A stretch of 64,000 nucleotides of DNA from the NCBI GenBank assembly GCA_004022145.1, contig RCNU01000007.1; one strand, given 5' to 3'. The notes beneath the pieces are model-generated. The model made no database searches and had not been told where the DNA came from. It saw only the letters and a list, made by a program, of their open reading frames with translations. Position numbers and translations under genes: made by a program. This document shows, one piece after another, positions 1 to 13,050 of the stretch. Source of the stretch: Paecilomyces variotii. Lineage: Eukaryota. Numbering within the stretch: position 1 is the stretch's first letter; every line of letters begins with the position of its first letter.

Positions 1-243
1 ATTCACCCTTTTCGCGCCCGTTCCGGCTCCGTCATGATATACTTAGGCAGTTTGTCTGCGCATATGTTAGCGACCATCTTGATCAAATATTGTAATGAGA
101 TATGGTAGGTAGTTTAAGGTAGTGCATTAGCTATATTTCTACTCGCTTAAAGCCGCTTGTTGGAAGTAAATCTAACTGAGCATATCCAAGAAAGAAATCC
201 CAAACGGACTTGCAGATTTGATATGTGCGTGCAATACGCATTA

Positions 244-471
244 ACGGAATTCCCTGCCGACTGGATCACCCGCCCAAGCAGGTTGGTGCCATAACTAAAT
301 GTATACAATTTTAACAATATATATCTTATACATATTTGTTCCAATAACTTTTAGATGCTTAGTTGTTGAGATATCCTGGTTTTGTTTTGTTTTATTTTTT
401 TTAAGGCTATATTATATATAATACGGCACTGATCTGCCAGGACGAGTGATCCGGTCGGCAGGGAATTATGC
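244..471. mobile_element. Non-autonomous MITE-like element, Tc1/mariner (pogo/Fot1-like), 228 bp with ~50-bp imperfect TIRs and TA flanks
   Basis: Left arm 248-293 aattccctgccgactggatcacccgcccaagcaggttggtgccata matches the reverse complement of 422-467 (aattccctgccgaccggatcactcgtcctggcagatcagtgccgta). TA lies at 242-243 and 472-473. The interior is AT-rich and non-coding. Confidence 0.75.
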
Positions 472-746
472 TAACGCTCAATTGCGCATAGGTCCACCTT
501 GTAAATTAATAAGGGGGAAGATCTCTACGGGGAGTAAACGGCGGCAGGTTAGATGGGCCATTGCATGGCAGCTTGGTTGACTAGAGCCAATGGACATGAA
601 GGTGATTGCGGCTGTGCAAACGCTAAAGCAATATGTACCAATAGGCCTACAGTACCCCATCTCAGTCTAAGGCTAACTACCTACTTACATGGTTTCTTTG
701 AACTCCATCCAATAAAAAAACAATATGCAGATTATTCTTAAGGGCC

Positions 747-774
747 TGCACTTGCACTTGCACTTGCACTTGCA
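747..774. repeat. (TGCACT)n hexamer tandem repeat, ~4.7 copies
   Basis: tgcacttgcacttgcacttgcacttgca seen directly. Confidence 0.9.
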
Positions 775-1383
775 GGGTAAACTGATATAACTGACTGTGA
801 CTAAGCACAAGGACCTGGTAATTGATATTTCAAATTTCTCACATTTTTCATTTGCGAAATTTACACCGAAATCTCATGAAATTTTGAGATTCAAAAAACC
901 ACCGCTATACTAAAAAAGAATCAACATGCGAAAAGTCCTGCTCTCTACTAGCTGAATCTCCTCGCTTACCTTTATACTTAATTTTTAGCGCGCCCCCTGC
1001 ATAGTCTATGCGTTTTGAATTTTGAAAAAAGGAGAGATGTCAGAATCACTGAAATAAATAACAGGTACCAGCTACCGGTCGGCTTTAGGGCTCCCGGGTT
1101 ACACTAGCGTTGCGCCACGAATCCCACGATTGATCTGGAGTATGCTCATCTCAAAGATTGAGTAGAGCAATGAGGCTGGAATATCTGCCGGAGGATGTTA
1201 TATATATAAACGCCATGGCATTCCTCCTTTCTTCTGCATATTCTCTCTACGATCGCAAGACTTTTCCAGGCATTGACAGCTTCCTTTACACACTTTCTAA
1301 TAAGCTCTTATACTTCTTATTGTTGCTGGGGGACTTGTCTTTTTCGCGATCGCTCGTATACCTCCCATTCCATCTCTTTCACG

Positions 1384-2099
1384 ATGTCCCTTTCTAACCC
1401 TCACGCGCCACCCGGACCAAATTGCTCTGGGGTTGGGTCTTCAGAAAACTTCGATACCTTATTTGGGGGAGCATTGTATAATACAGCGTTCGCAGATATC
1501 AACATACTTGATCAGTATATGCGCGTCCCGCAGACCTTGTATGATCCCAGCATCAATACGCTTTCCACATCGACTCCGTTTGATCAGAGTGGTTTTTCCG
1601 AATGGGTCAGGGAGAACACAATGCAGCATGGCTTAGTTGAGGAGAACAGATTTCCAGGCCTCCCTTCAATGAGTTATGATAACTCGACCTCGAACAACTA
1701 TCACCCCAATCCTCCTCAAATACCCACCTCAGCGCCACTCGACGAGAAGGATGATAACGCCGCTATGACTGACGGAAACGTGCCGTCTCGTCGTCAACAT
1801 AGGCCTGGGACAGGGTATGTCAATTGATCTATTACCAGTCGTTTAGTTAATGTTCAATCCCTCGTTTCTAACATCGGTCCTCGTTCTGAAAAAGTACCAA
1901 TCCCGGCCGCGTCAAATGTCGCTGGGAAGGCTGCACATACGCTGGCGATTTCACACGCGATACAACACTCTGGCGACACATCAAGACCCAACATCTCTTT
2001 CCAAATGCGTTCGCGTGTCCTGTCAGACAATGCCGGAGGGCTTTTGGACGCAAAGATAAATATGATGAGCATATGCGCGATGCTCATGGAATGACCTAA
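1384..2099 (+). CDS. C2H2 zinc-finger protein, putative transcription factor; exons 1384-1814, 1895-2099
   Basis: GTATGT donor at 1815, CTAAC branch at 1868, AG acceptor at 1894. The spliced exon 2 reads GTNPGRVKCRWEGCTYAGDFTRDTTLWRHIKTQHLFPNAFACPVRQCRRAFGRKDKYDEHMRDAHGMT*, i.e. two C-x4-C...H-x4-H fingers. Confidence 0.8.
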
Positions 2100-2802
2100 T
2101 GTTATGAAGTGTAGCTTCCGATTCCTTTCATTGGGGAAGCACATACATATAGAAGCGTGTATTTATTATAGGACGTTCTTTTTTTTTTTTTTTTTTTCTC
2201 ATGTTGCGCGCGCAGGCTTTATACCGAGAGACTCTCCAATTATCTAGATTCGAGTGAGAATTCCACTATGATTTGTTCATCGCGATGAAGATAAACTAGA
2301 TACTCACAAGATGTAGTGCAGAACAGATGACTGAAGATTCCATCATATCTGATCTAAGAGAGGTTGAGTGGAGTACCACCGAGCTTTTGATTGGTCGCTT
2401 GGCAAGGTCGCCTTGACCCAAAGTGTCGGGAAAGAACTATGTACAGTACATGGCCAGAACGATGCGGAACAGGAAAAGAATTTCAGTCTATAGTTTTTCT
2501 TTTCTTCGAACGTATAAATGCATCTCCAGTCGAGTGAAAACGTCGCGGTATCATAAACAAGAAGGATAATCCAGAAAGGTTGGCGGGACCACGCAATGCA
2601 AAAAATGAAACATAGCTCTATTGGACTGAAATGCCAATATAGAGATGCAAATCGAAAGGGTAGAATGCAACAAAACTTAGGATAGAAATAAGTCAAGCTT
2701 CTGCAGACAATAGATATTACAGCCGACACTGGCGGCATCGAAGACGCTTGGTATCACTGAAAGAAAGAAAAGATAATGTCCAGAAGGGGTCTTCTCGGCC
2801 GA

Positions 2803-4262
2803 TCACGCGGCCTCTCCTCCCTCAGGGATGTGTCTCTCGTTGACTCCTCTCGCCATTTTCTTCCCAATTTCATAGCTGGAAATCATGATAGCGCATGCGG
2901 GCGCCACTTTGAGACAGCGAGCTACCCAGCCGCGGAAGAGCCCCGAGAGACCTTCTTCACGGAAGATATGAAGGAGGAACTTTAGCATGGGGAATTGCTC
3001 TGGATGGACAACACCCTTGGCTGTAGTCGGGACAGCGCCAGATGTTAATGTCTCGTTGCCGCCGTGCTTAAATATCTGCTGGCGCGTCTTGCCAACATCA
3101 AACGGAGTCGTGACGAAGGATGCAAATGCACCTGACGATGCACCTGCAATAAAGCTGTCCACAAATGTAGACGTGTTGCTTTCCTGCAGTTGCAAATCCT
3201 TGTAGCTCCGGTCGTCGGACGATGACTGGGCTTTCGTCCTCATGATGGTCAGGGACTTTCGAGCCTCCTCGTAACCCCACCAGTAGAGTCCAGAAAATGG
3301 TACATCCCGCCACAGCGTCAGTGTCAAACCGCGCCAGAGTGAACCGTAACCAGTCGTCTGAGTCATCTGGTGCAAGCCCTTCAGGGTGGCCCTGAAGTGG
3401 TCGGCACCGGTGCCAGAGGTAGCTTGAAGCCGTGTCTTGAACATCTCTATAGGACTGATTACCGAAGCCGCAGCAACCCTTGCAGCAGAACCAGCGATTA
3501 AAGGTGCCCAGACGTCTCCAAAGAATCGAGGTATTGGGCTCTTGGGATCGGAGCGTAGCCAGTCATACCCGGTGAAGTAGATCACGTTGGCTGGAATTGC
3601 CATTACCAAAGTTGGACTGAGCCCTCGCCATAATGTCAGTAGCCCTTCGTTCCGAGCAATCTTCCGCAAACCATCGAAGGTGGAAGTAAATGTCCGTCTT
3701 TGTGTCTCTTCCACGGCACACGCATGGATAATGGCAGAGCTTCCCTGTATCGTACTACCGCCGGGCCCTACCATACACATCTGCGCGCTGTCACCAACCC
3801 AAAAGACTTCTCGACAGCATGCCGTGACACCAAGATTCGGAGGCAGTTCTTTGAACGCACTGGTAGAATGTGCTGCGAATCCGCGACTTTGCTTCGGCTG
3901 AGATTGGAGTCGAACACGAACAACATCAAGAGGGGTCACTGCGCGTGAAATTATTAGCATTTGGTTCATACCCTAGCGAACCTTGCGAGGTCTTCCGTGG
4001 CTCTCGTATACGCACCGAGAAGGGACGTGAGAAGACTACCCCACGTCGCAGAGATCATCCTCTGAGTAGCTGAGATATTCTCGTTCTCCTCCTGGGGAGC
4101 ACTTGCTAAGGACTCCTGGCCCCCGTTACTCGATAGAGAAGCCATTGTTGATCTTTCATGATAATTCCAGCCTCCCTTTCCAGATCCATGTGCTGTTCCC
4201 CCAAGGTCCGAGCGGTATCGGCCTGCGCCCGCGCCCGTCGAGTCAGGCCAAGCGGCGGACAT
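2803..4262 (-). CDS. mtm1: Mitochondrial carrier family protein, Mtm1/SLC25A39-40-like; exons 4262-4016, 3938-2803 (start could instead be the ATG at 4145)
   Basis: Three carrier signatures (PLDVVRVRLQ, PIEMFKTRLQ, PFDVGKTRQQ), a Cys-containing matrix loop (ACCREVF), TLWRDVPFSGLYW and KVAPACAIMISSYE. Intron GTGCGT..CAG. Confidence 0.85.
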
Positions 4263-4743
4263 GCATCCGTCGAAAGTCGAAGGTCCGAATGAGTTCCGAC
4301 GAATCCTCACTCACTAGAAGAGGTTATGTATCACCGAGTCGCAGATGCTGGAGCGTAGACGCGAAGAAGAAGGATGGAGCAATATGTTTTTCGCCTGCGT
4401 TCTCGACGGCAAGAAGATCATGATGCAGTCAGCGCAGCCTTGACCGGTTTCCGCGGAGGCACTTGGCCCGATCGGGTTTGGGCTCGGAGATTAGCAGCTC
4501 AGCCCGTGACCGTCGCGGACCCTAAGTCAGATCGCCGTTGAATAATAATACGGAATAACGACTCTCAGCTCACTCCAGGAAGTCTTGTCGATCCGAGATG
4601 GAATAGGGCAGAAGCTCTATCGAGATTGTTCTGCTCCTCTTCGCGCCGTCGTTGAGCGGTATCTCCATCCATCGGCCTCTCTGACCGCCCCGGCTCATGT
4701 CCTATCAATTCTAACTCTGTCGCCACTATCTACCTAATCGACG

Positions 4744-6443
4744 ATGGCAGACGACGCAGAGCTCGAGTCTTTCAGACGCCAATGGCGCGAGGAGGTTTCG
4801 CACCGGACAAGGCAACAGACGAAGCAGCAACCCCAAGACCAGGCAGCCCCGTCTTCGGAACGGTTTCCCCCAACACGGCATGAAGCATCGGACCGCAAGG
4901 AGGATGACCTGCTGGAAGAGGATTCCCGATCGCACTCCTATGCAGAGTTTGTTCAGAAAGTCGAAAAATTGAGTCTAGGAAGGGAAGATGAGGACGGTTT
5001 CCAGTCACTGCCTCAGAAGGAACCAAGCTCTGCCCTGGAGCACTTTGAGAAGGCAGTGGAGAAGGAGGCTGAAGGAAGTTTGGGAGACAGTCTAAGTCAT
5101 TATCGCAAGGCATATAGGGTATGGCATACAACCTTCTTTGATGCTTCAGTGCTATACTGATGTGCCACCAGCTTGACTCCAGCGTCGACAAGACGTACCG
5201 GAAGAAGCATTTCGGCCATGCCTGGAAGCCAACGCAGCCTGCTGCTTCCCAAGCTCCAGTCGTCCCAGAGTCATCGTCGGTGACACAAGAGGACGGCAAT
5301 CCCCTGCCTACTCCTGAGCTGATTGCTTCGTTCGCAAACCTGAAAATTCCACAGGCAGAACCGCTTATTGAGAACACTCCACCACCACCGTGCCCTATCT
5401 CCGAGGTCCCCTCTGAGGTCATCGTGGAAATCTTAAGACACGTTGCGCTGATGGATCCTGCCTTACTGCCCCGCCTTGCCCTGGTATGCAAGCGGCTTGC
5501 CTACCATGTTGCCCACGAGCAACATATCTGGAAGAGACTGTGCCAGGGGCCAGAGTTTGGATTTGAGAGCATGCACTACTCTTTTGCTTGTGATGTTGCG
5601 GGAAACCCGGTCCACACGCTTGGGACACGCTACACTCCATTCCCTCGAGACCGCCCTGTCGAGATTCCGAAGCCACTGTCAACGTGGAGTCAAGTTTTCC
5701 AGACATTTCCCAGGATCAGGTTTACTGGAGTGTACATTAGCACCGTCAATTACACACGACCTGGAGCAGCGTCCGCCTACTCGACGGTGTCTTGGAACAC
5801 TCCGATCCATATTGTGACCTATTATCGATACCTTCGCTTCTACCGCGACGGAACGGTTATTTCCTTGCTGAGCACGACCGAGCCTGTTGATGTGGTTCCT
5901 CATATCAGCAAGGAGAACGTGATATCCGCCCGAGCAGCCGCTTCCCACCAGCGCCATCAGAGGCATATTTCCGATTCTGGGAACACACTATCTGGAGATG
6001 CTGCCACCAATCCAGTGCCCCCTACGGCGATGGCGACTCTGAAATACGCTCTACGTGGCAGGTGGCATTTGACACCCCCAACTCAAACTGCATCCGAAGA
6101 TACAGATACCGGTGAACCGTCAAGATCCAGGCCTAGTGCTCACTCGCACAAAGCCGGTCAGACGACTGGCATCGGTCACGATCCGCGCGATCTCGTTATT
6201 GAAACAGAAGGCGTAGACCCAAAATACACGTATATGATGCATTTATCCCTTCGCTCTCCAACTGCTTCCCGCCCTGGCGGTCCGAACCAGGCACCTTCTA
6301 ACGTCTCCAAGAACACAAAACTGATATGGAAAGGGTTCTGGAGTTACAACAAGTTGACAGACGACTGGGCCGAATTCGGACTGCGGAATGACCGAGCGTT
6401 TGTCTTTAGACGTGTCCGTGGCTGGGGACTGGACAATAAGTAG
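4744..6443 (+). CDS. hrt3: F-box protein, Hrt3/Pof7/FBXO9 family; exons 4744-5118, 5172-6443
   Basis: N-terminal ELESFRRQWREEV, a helical segment ALEHFEKAVEKEAEGSLGDSL, F-box ISEVPSEVIVEIL...LALVCKRL, and PRIRFTGVYIS...VTYYRYLRFY. Intron GTATGG..CAG. Confidence 0.85.
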
Positions 6444-7152
6444 TTGGTGAGGCGCTGCTAGTTATATATGAGTACATACGCATAAAGATGTAAGTATGTT
6501 GAGGCAGTCGGTCACGTACAGTCAATGACGTCTGGAGACCTCGAGCCGCACATATAAATATGGCCTGTGCATATTCCACCAAGTAGCTACATATACTGCC
6601 TGGACGGAGAGGAAAACAACATGATTGCACGATAAAGAATGATTCTAAGATTAGATACTAGATTAACGAAGATCAGTTTCGAGATGAGTTAACGAGATTA
6701 CTATGTTCCACACAAGACAGAAAGCACCCCCATAATAAACCTACACTCACCAAAAACAAAATCATGAAAATAAGCCATATTTCAGTAATAATATGAAAAG
6801 CGACGATGCATATAATCCACCCCAGCTGTTCAATAAACAATAATATCCGTTCCAATACACGGAAAAACCAACGATTCTTGGCGCGGGTCACTCGGCCGCT
6901 TCTTATCGATAAGCTTAAAGTTGTTTGGCAGAAAAATTTCGGGGCGAACATAAAACTTTAGCCTCGCCCGCGGTTTTCTCTCGCTTTTCCCCAGACAACA
7001 AACCTTTACCATCCAGATACCCCCCAGCATGTTAGTGCTTTGCAATTAGATTTTTTTTGTTCGTCTTGTCTAATTATTTGTTTTGTTCATTGTTCTATTC
7101 GTAACAAGTCCGTGTTCTTTTCGGGTTTGCGCATTCTGTTAGTGGCGCAAAA

Positions 7153-9682
7153 ATGCCTGAAAAGGTACATACCCGATTCGAGGACTCGGATGATGACACG
7201 GGGAAGGTTGTCGTTCGTCCTCAGAAGGAGGAGCAGGTATCTGTTGCGGCACCTTCAGTGAAAGAGCCGCATCAGAAAAAGAATAAGAAGCGAAAGAGAG
7301 AAGAGACTGCGGAGGCTCAGCCGAATACCCAGCGAGTGGTCATCCGGGATGGAGAAAAGCCCAAAAAAGCTGCGTCGCCAGCCCAAGAGAATGACCAGAA
7401 GAAAGATGAGAAAGATGTGTCAAATGGTTTCCAGTCGAAGAAGAGACATCAAGCAAAGGATCAGAAGGTGATCAGACAGGGAAAGCCATCATCTTCGCTA
7501 AGGGAGAAGGCCAAGGCACTGTATGAGATTCGGAAGAAATTACCCATTTTCCCGCACGCGGATGAGATCCGTCAGCAGCTCAGGAAGAACGATGTGATGC
7601 TTCTTGTCGGTGAGACAGGAAGCGGAAAGAGTACTCAGATTCCGCAGTTCTTAGCCGATGAGAGCTGGTGCCGTCCGAAGACCGTCAAAGTGACGGCGGA
7701 AGACGGGAAACAGAAAGATGTGAGTGTGGGTGGATGTATCGCAATCACGCAACCGAGACGAGTAGCTGCCATTTCTTTGGCGAGACGTGTGGCGGATGAA
7801 ATGGGAACGCCCTTGGGATCATCTTCGCCGGCCAGTAGAGTGGGATACTCAGTCCGTTTCGATACGTCCACGTCGCCCAGTACGAAGGTCAAATATTTGA
7901 CTGAAGGAATGCTTTTGCAAGAGATGCTACATGATCCATGGTTGACCAAATACAGCGCTGTGCTGGTCGATGAAGTTCACGAAAGAGGTGTCAACGTGGA
8001 TCTCGTCTTAGGTTTCTTGCGGAACATTGTTTCCGGAAAGAAAGAGGGACGAGGAGGCGTTCCGCTGAAAGTCATTGCTATGAGTGCTACAGCGGATATG
8101 GAGAGCCTTCTGTCATTTTTCAAGGAAGGATTTGATAATTCGAAGAGCGCTGGATCGGAGGGCACCAACGGTTCGAGTGGTCCTTCCGATGAACATGACC
8201 CCAAGGGAGATGACGAACAAAGTCAAGTGGCAGTTTGTCACATCAAGGGTCGACAATTCCCTGTGAAAACGATCTACACACCTGAACCAGTCCATGATTT
8301 CGTCGACGCAGCACTTAAGGTCATATTCCAAATCCACTGCAAGGAGCCCCTGCCGGGTGATATCCTCGTCTTCCTCACAGGCCAAGAGACTGTGGAAGCG
8401 CTTGAGTATCTTGTCAACGACTATTCTATTGGGATGGACCCTGCTCTACCGAAGGTGCAGGTTCTACCATTATTCGCTGCTCTTCCTCAAGCTGCACAGC
8501 AAAGAGTTTTCCAGCCAGCGCCTCCTCGAACAAGAAAGATAATCTTGTCAACAAACATCGCTGAAACTTCCGTTACGATTTCGGGGATTCGGTTTGTTGT
8601 CGACTGCGGCAAAGCCAAAATGAAGCAATTCCGAACTCGTCTGGGCCTCGACTCGCTGTTAGTCAAGCCCATTTCGAAGTCCGCAGCGATCCAGCGAAAG
8701 GGTCGAGCAGGAAGAGAAGCGCCAGGACAGTGCTACAGGCTGTACACGGAGAAGGATTATCTCGCACTGCAAGAGACAAACACCCCAGAGATTCTCCGTT
8801 GCGATCTGAGTCAGGCTATCCTCACCATGAAAGCTCGAGGTGTCGACGATATTGTAGGCTTCCCCTTCTTGACCAGACCTCCTCGAGAGGCGCTTGAGAA
8901 GGCACTTCTACAACTCTTCAACATCCAAGCATTGGAAGAGTCGGGAAAGATCAGCGCTATTGGACTTCAGATCGCCAAGCTACCTTTGACAGCACCGCTG
9001 GGAAGAGTCCTGCTTGCAGCTGCGCAAAACGGACCCAAATGTCTGTTAGACGTCATTGACATCATATCATGTCTCAGCGTGGAGAACATCTTCTTGAACA
9101 CGACGTCTGAAGAGAAGAAGGAAGAGGCAGAGAAAGCGAGGCGCGATCTGTTCCGCAGAGAGGGAGACCACTTGACTATGTTGGCTACTGTCCAGGGCTA
9201 CGCGGCGGAAAATACGGATCGAAAGGCATGGGCTGAAAGACATATGGTTTCACACCGAGCCATGCAATCTGTCATGGTATGTTTGTACCCAGTAATTCAG
9301 AGCAGGGGGGAGACAAGGCCAGAGAAACTAACAACCCACCCAGGACGTCCGTAAACAAGTCACCGCACAGTGCAGACAGTCCAAACTCCTACCAGACGCG
9401 AATACATGCGCCTTAATCGCGAATGACCAGCCCGACCCCGTTCTCATCCTCAAGAGCTTCCTCACCGGCTTCGCTACGAACACTGCCCGTATCGTCCCAG
9501 ACGGGAGTTACCGCACCATTGTGGGCAACCAGACCGTTGCAATCCACCCGTCCAGTGTGCTGTTTGGAAAGAAAGTCGAAGCTATCATGTACAACGAATT
9601 CGTGTTCACAAATCGGAGTTACGCTCGAGGAGTGAGTGCTGTGCAGATGGACTGGGTTGGTGAAGTTTTAGCGGGACAGTAG
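7153..9682 (+). CDS. dhr2: DEAH-box ATP-dependent RNA helicase, Dhr2/Prh1/DHX33-like; exons 7153-9276, 9344-9682
   Basis: Motifs GETGSGKST, TQPRRVAA, DEVHER, MSAT, STNIAETSVT and QRKGRAGR, followed by HA2 and OB regions; Lys-rich N-terminus. Intron GTATGT..CAG, exon 2 starts DVRKQV. Confidence 0.85.
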
Positions 9683-10123
9683 GTCGGTAGAACTCTGGAG
9701 TTAAGCATTGCACTATTTGATATCCAAGGGCCTCATAACATGCTTCTTTATCCCAGTAAATGATGCTTATTGCGAGGAATCATGGAGTAATAGCATTGAT
9801 AATGATCCCGGTTGTAACTATACCGTATACCCAATTTGTCTCCGCAAAAGAATACCATACATAACTAGTAGCTGAAAGATCAAGGGGAAAACAACTCATC
9901 CAAATAAAACTAGCCATCACTACACCACACAATCAAGCCCTACAGTAACCCAGTAGTAAGCGAAACCAATCTCTCCAAGTCAGGACTAACATCCAGAAAC
10001 CCGGACCATGTCTGACTAGTACGCTTCACAGGACCCACATAACCAAAGTTCCGATTTCAATAGCACACAAAAAAAATTCCTTTCTCAATTGAATCAAACA
10101 AGACCACATGAACCTCATCCACA

Positions 10124-10195
10124 TCCGATATGGTGTAGTGGCTAACATCGCTGTCTCTCACACAGCAGCCGGGGGTTCGATTCCCCCTATCGGAG
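10124..10195 (+). tRNA. tRNA-Glu (anticodon CTC), intronless, 72 nt
   Basis: Acceptor stem TCCGATA/TATCGGA, A box TGGTGTAGTGG, anticodon arm GCTGT-CTCTCAC-ACAGC, T arm GGGGG-TTCGATT-CCCCC, downstream oligo-T. Confidence 0.95.
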
Positions 10196-13050
10196 AACAA
10201 ACAACTATCCCAATGAGAGTTGGGATGTTCCTTTTTGTTTTGCTTTTTGTATGTTGTTTTCTAACTATCATGAGCTCTTCTATATACTGTTTAGGAGAAA
10301 TGTGCAGTCTATGGGTGTTGGGAATTGGGGTTTTGTTTAAGGCGTAAGTGCGGAATATCGGTAGTGTTGAGTTTGGCGAGATGGTAATAGGAAATTTTAT
10401 GTGCTTTTCTTTCCCTTGATTATCGGTGTTAATAGGGCTAGTCAGTGCTTATTTTGAATGTCTACTTAATATGATAGTACTATAGGCAGTGTATATATAA
10501 GGATGTCGTTATTTTATGCAGCGTCAATCTGCTAGGTATTTTACAGAGCGGACAGTTGAACTATACTAAAAGAATTCAGTTACCTGACCTAGCCTTCCTT
10601 TCTAGAGCTGTAAATGATATCTTACTGGCGGAAATACACACAAAAGTAAGATGGCATTGAGCTTATATAAAGACGGTGGTATATTCTTATTTAACAGCCA
10701 TAACCCTGTAAGCAGACTCTATCCTTACCAGTATTATCCCTGCAGGAAGAAGTAAAAAGTAAAAGGTTATTTAGCAAAATACCGAGATTAGTAAGAATTA
10801 TTTCAGTTAGTCAAGTTACTTCTCCATTCTGGCTGCCTATCAACGCAATATGTTAACTAACTTACTATAGAGTTGTGACTCAGCGAGGCAGTAATTGGAG
10901 GCATCGGCCCATTGACCAGTGAATTAATCTCTCACTTCCTTACCAAGGTAATGAATCCGTGAATATCCCCAATCAGGAGGGACAGAACCGTCTGAAGAGC
11001 GCGCTTAATCATCATCGCGATGGCGTATTCGGAGGTTCACTCGTACACCACACGTGATCTCATACCGGATTCGACGTAATTGTTTCCGCATTTGACATCA
11101 TCCGATCTAACTAACTAGGCCACGCGAAGGTGTTTTGGGATGGGGAAAAGCTGGTTAATCTAGCGAGATGGAATCAAACATCTATTGATGGCCTTGATTG
11201 TGTATTTTATTTTATTTTATTCACAGTCGAATCTGATAATAGTTGCTCATGTTGGCCGCATTGCGCAAGGGGCCCGGAATTATATGGGATGACGAGAAAT
11301 TTCCCGTAGTCAGCTGTCGTCGATAACTACAGTAAGTATGGTATATACCATACTGCTGATCATACCTGGCGAGGGTGGACCAGGGACGTACCATATGGTT
11401 TGTCCAGCTGCAACAATCGAGAGTATGGTATCTACCATATTTCCCGGTCGAGTTTAAACTGGTTCAGAACAATACAAAGCCTGCTGGATTCTGGAAAAAA
11501 AGAGGGAACAATGACGCCACAAGGTCGGATGGCCATAGGGCGTTCCAGATTATTCCGGTGGTTGATCGTCTTCTGTGCCTTGTTGGAGTCTCAGATAGGG
11601 TAAACTTAGCAGAAAAACCCGATGTCGGATCAAGGATGTCCACCGCCACTGGCTGAGTAAATTCCACGGCCATTCTGCGGGTACACAGAGTTGATGAAAG
11701 CAGCATTGCAGTAGTAGTCAGTAACTACCGTGAAGTATTATTAGGTGTTATTACTGCAGTCTAGATAAGCAGAGTCTTACGATGGGATGAATATAGTGTC
11801 TGCATTCCGAATTTAGGCCGATTCCGAATCCGATTCTGCAAGTTGCGATCCTCTCCTCGACGAAGAATATATTACAGTCATTAACTAAAAGGGTTGTACG
11901 GGCGAGATTCCATGTTTCTTTCTTGATTCGAGTTTGACGTGAGAGTCATAGTAGGAGCCTTCTTTCAAGCTGAAACGATGACTGATGCCCCTGCAGAGAA
12001 TAGGCGTCTTCCCTGACAGAGGTTCCTTTGTTGGGCAGGGTGTGTAGAGTATGGTAATAATAATAGTATCGAGCTGAATGGGGTCGAAAATGGCCGGCTC
12101 GACTCATCATTCTGTGACTCTATTATTAAACAAACCAAACGAATGAATTATACCCCGGGCTACATCAACATGCAGTCATTCCATATTGACTTTTGTGAGC
12201 CACCTGTGCTGCCCATGGTAAGGGTCATCTGGTAGTTACTTATCAATCGTAGTACTGTCGCCAATGCAGAGAGAATTCCAAAGCTACAGTACCTCTCCCA
12301 GACGAGACGATCTGATGTGATCTGATCTGATCTGAAGCGGACAATACCGGGGGCCAAAGTGTCGTGCTTGGACGATCCCCATGACCAGCTCAGGACAGCG
12401 CAAGGACAGCGAACCCCGCCCAGATCTCGTCCGCTTCTCTGCTAGTACAACGCCCTAGCGACTTGTTCGTGAACCCCCAAAGCCCGGTCATCTGGTTATT
12501 AATATTGATTGCAGCTTAAGTTAGTTACTAGTCCCTACATCTTACGATCTGTCCGATATCGTGCCCCGGTGTCTGCAGACCTCGATCTCGTCACCGCCCG
12601 GGCTGAGTCGGACCTCACCCTCTGCGCAAGACCCAGGATGTCCCTTGGGCTGCACGTCTTCTTGTTGTCTCCTTCATCTCCGGCATCTATTCTCTGGGGA
12701 GTTCAGACCATTTTTTGGAGTACAGCACTGAAAAACGGCGGCGTTTGATACCAAAAAAGGGCGATCTCCAGACTAGCTCCAGCAGCGTCACGGCTACTGC
12801 GACTCCGCGCATCGCAGCGCCCCATCCTTATCATAATCGCGCCTTTCCTGTATCGCCGCGACCCCCCGGTTCTTTGGTCGCCCAACAGAGCGCAGGGGGT
12901 CGAGTACATATTGTCCCTCTGAATCATCGATCTCCCCATTTCTTCCTGACCAACTTTCGTCCTGACTGCGTGCGAGAGTTGGAGACAGTCACAACTGCTG
13001 GCACCATCCTTATCTAACAGCGTCACGGACTCACGGTCTGCCTCCAGGCG

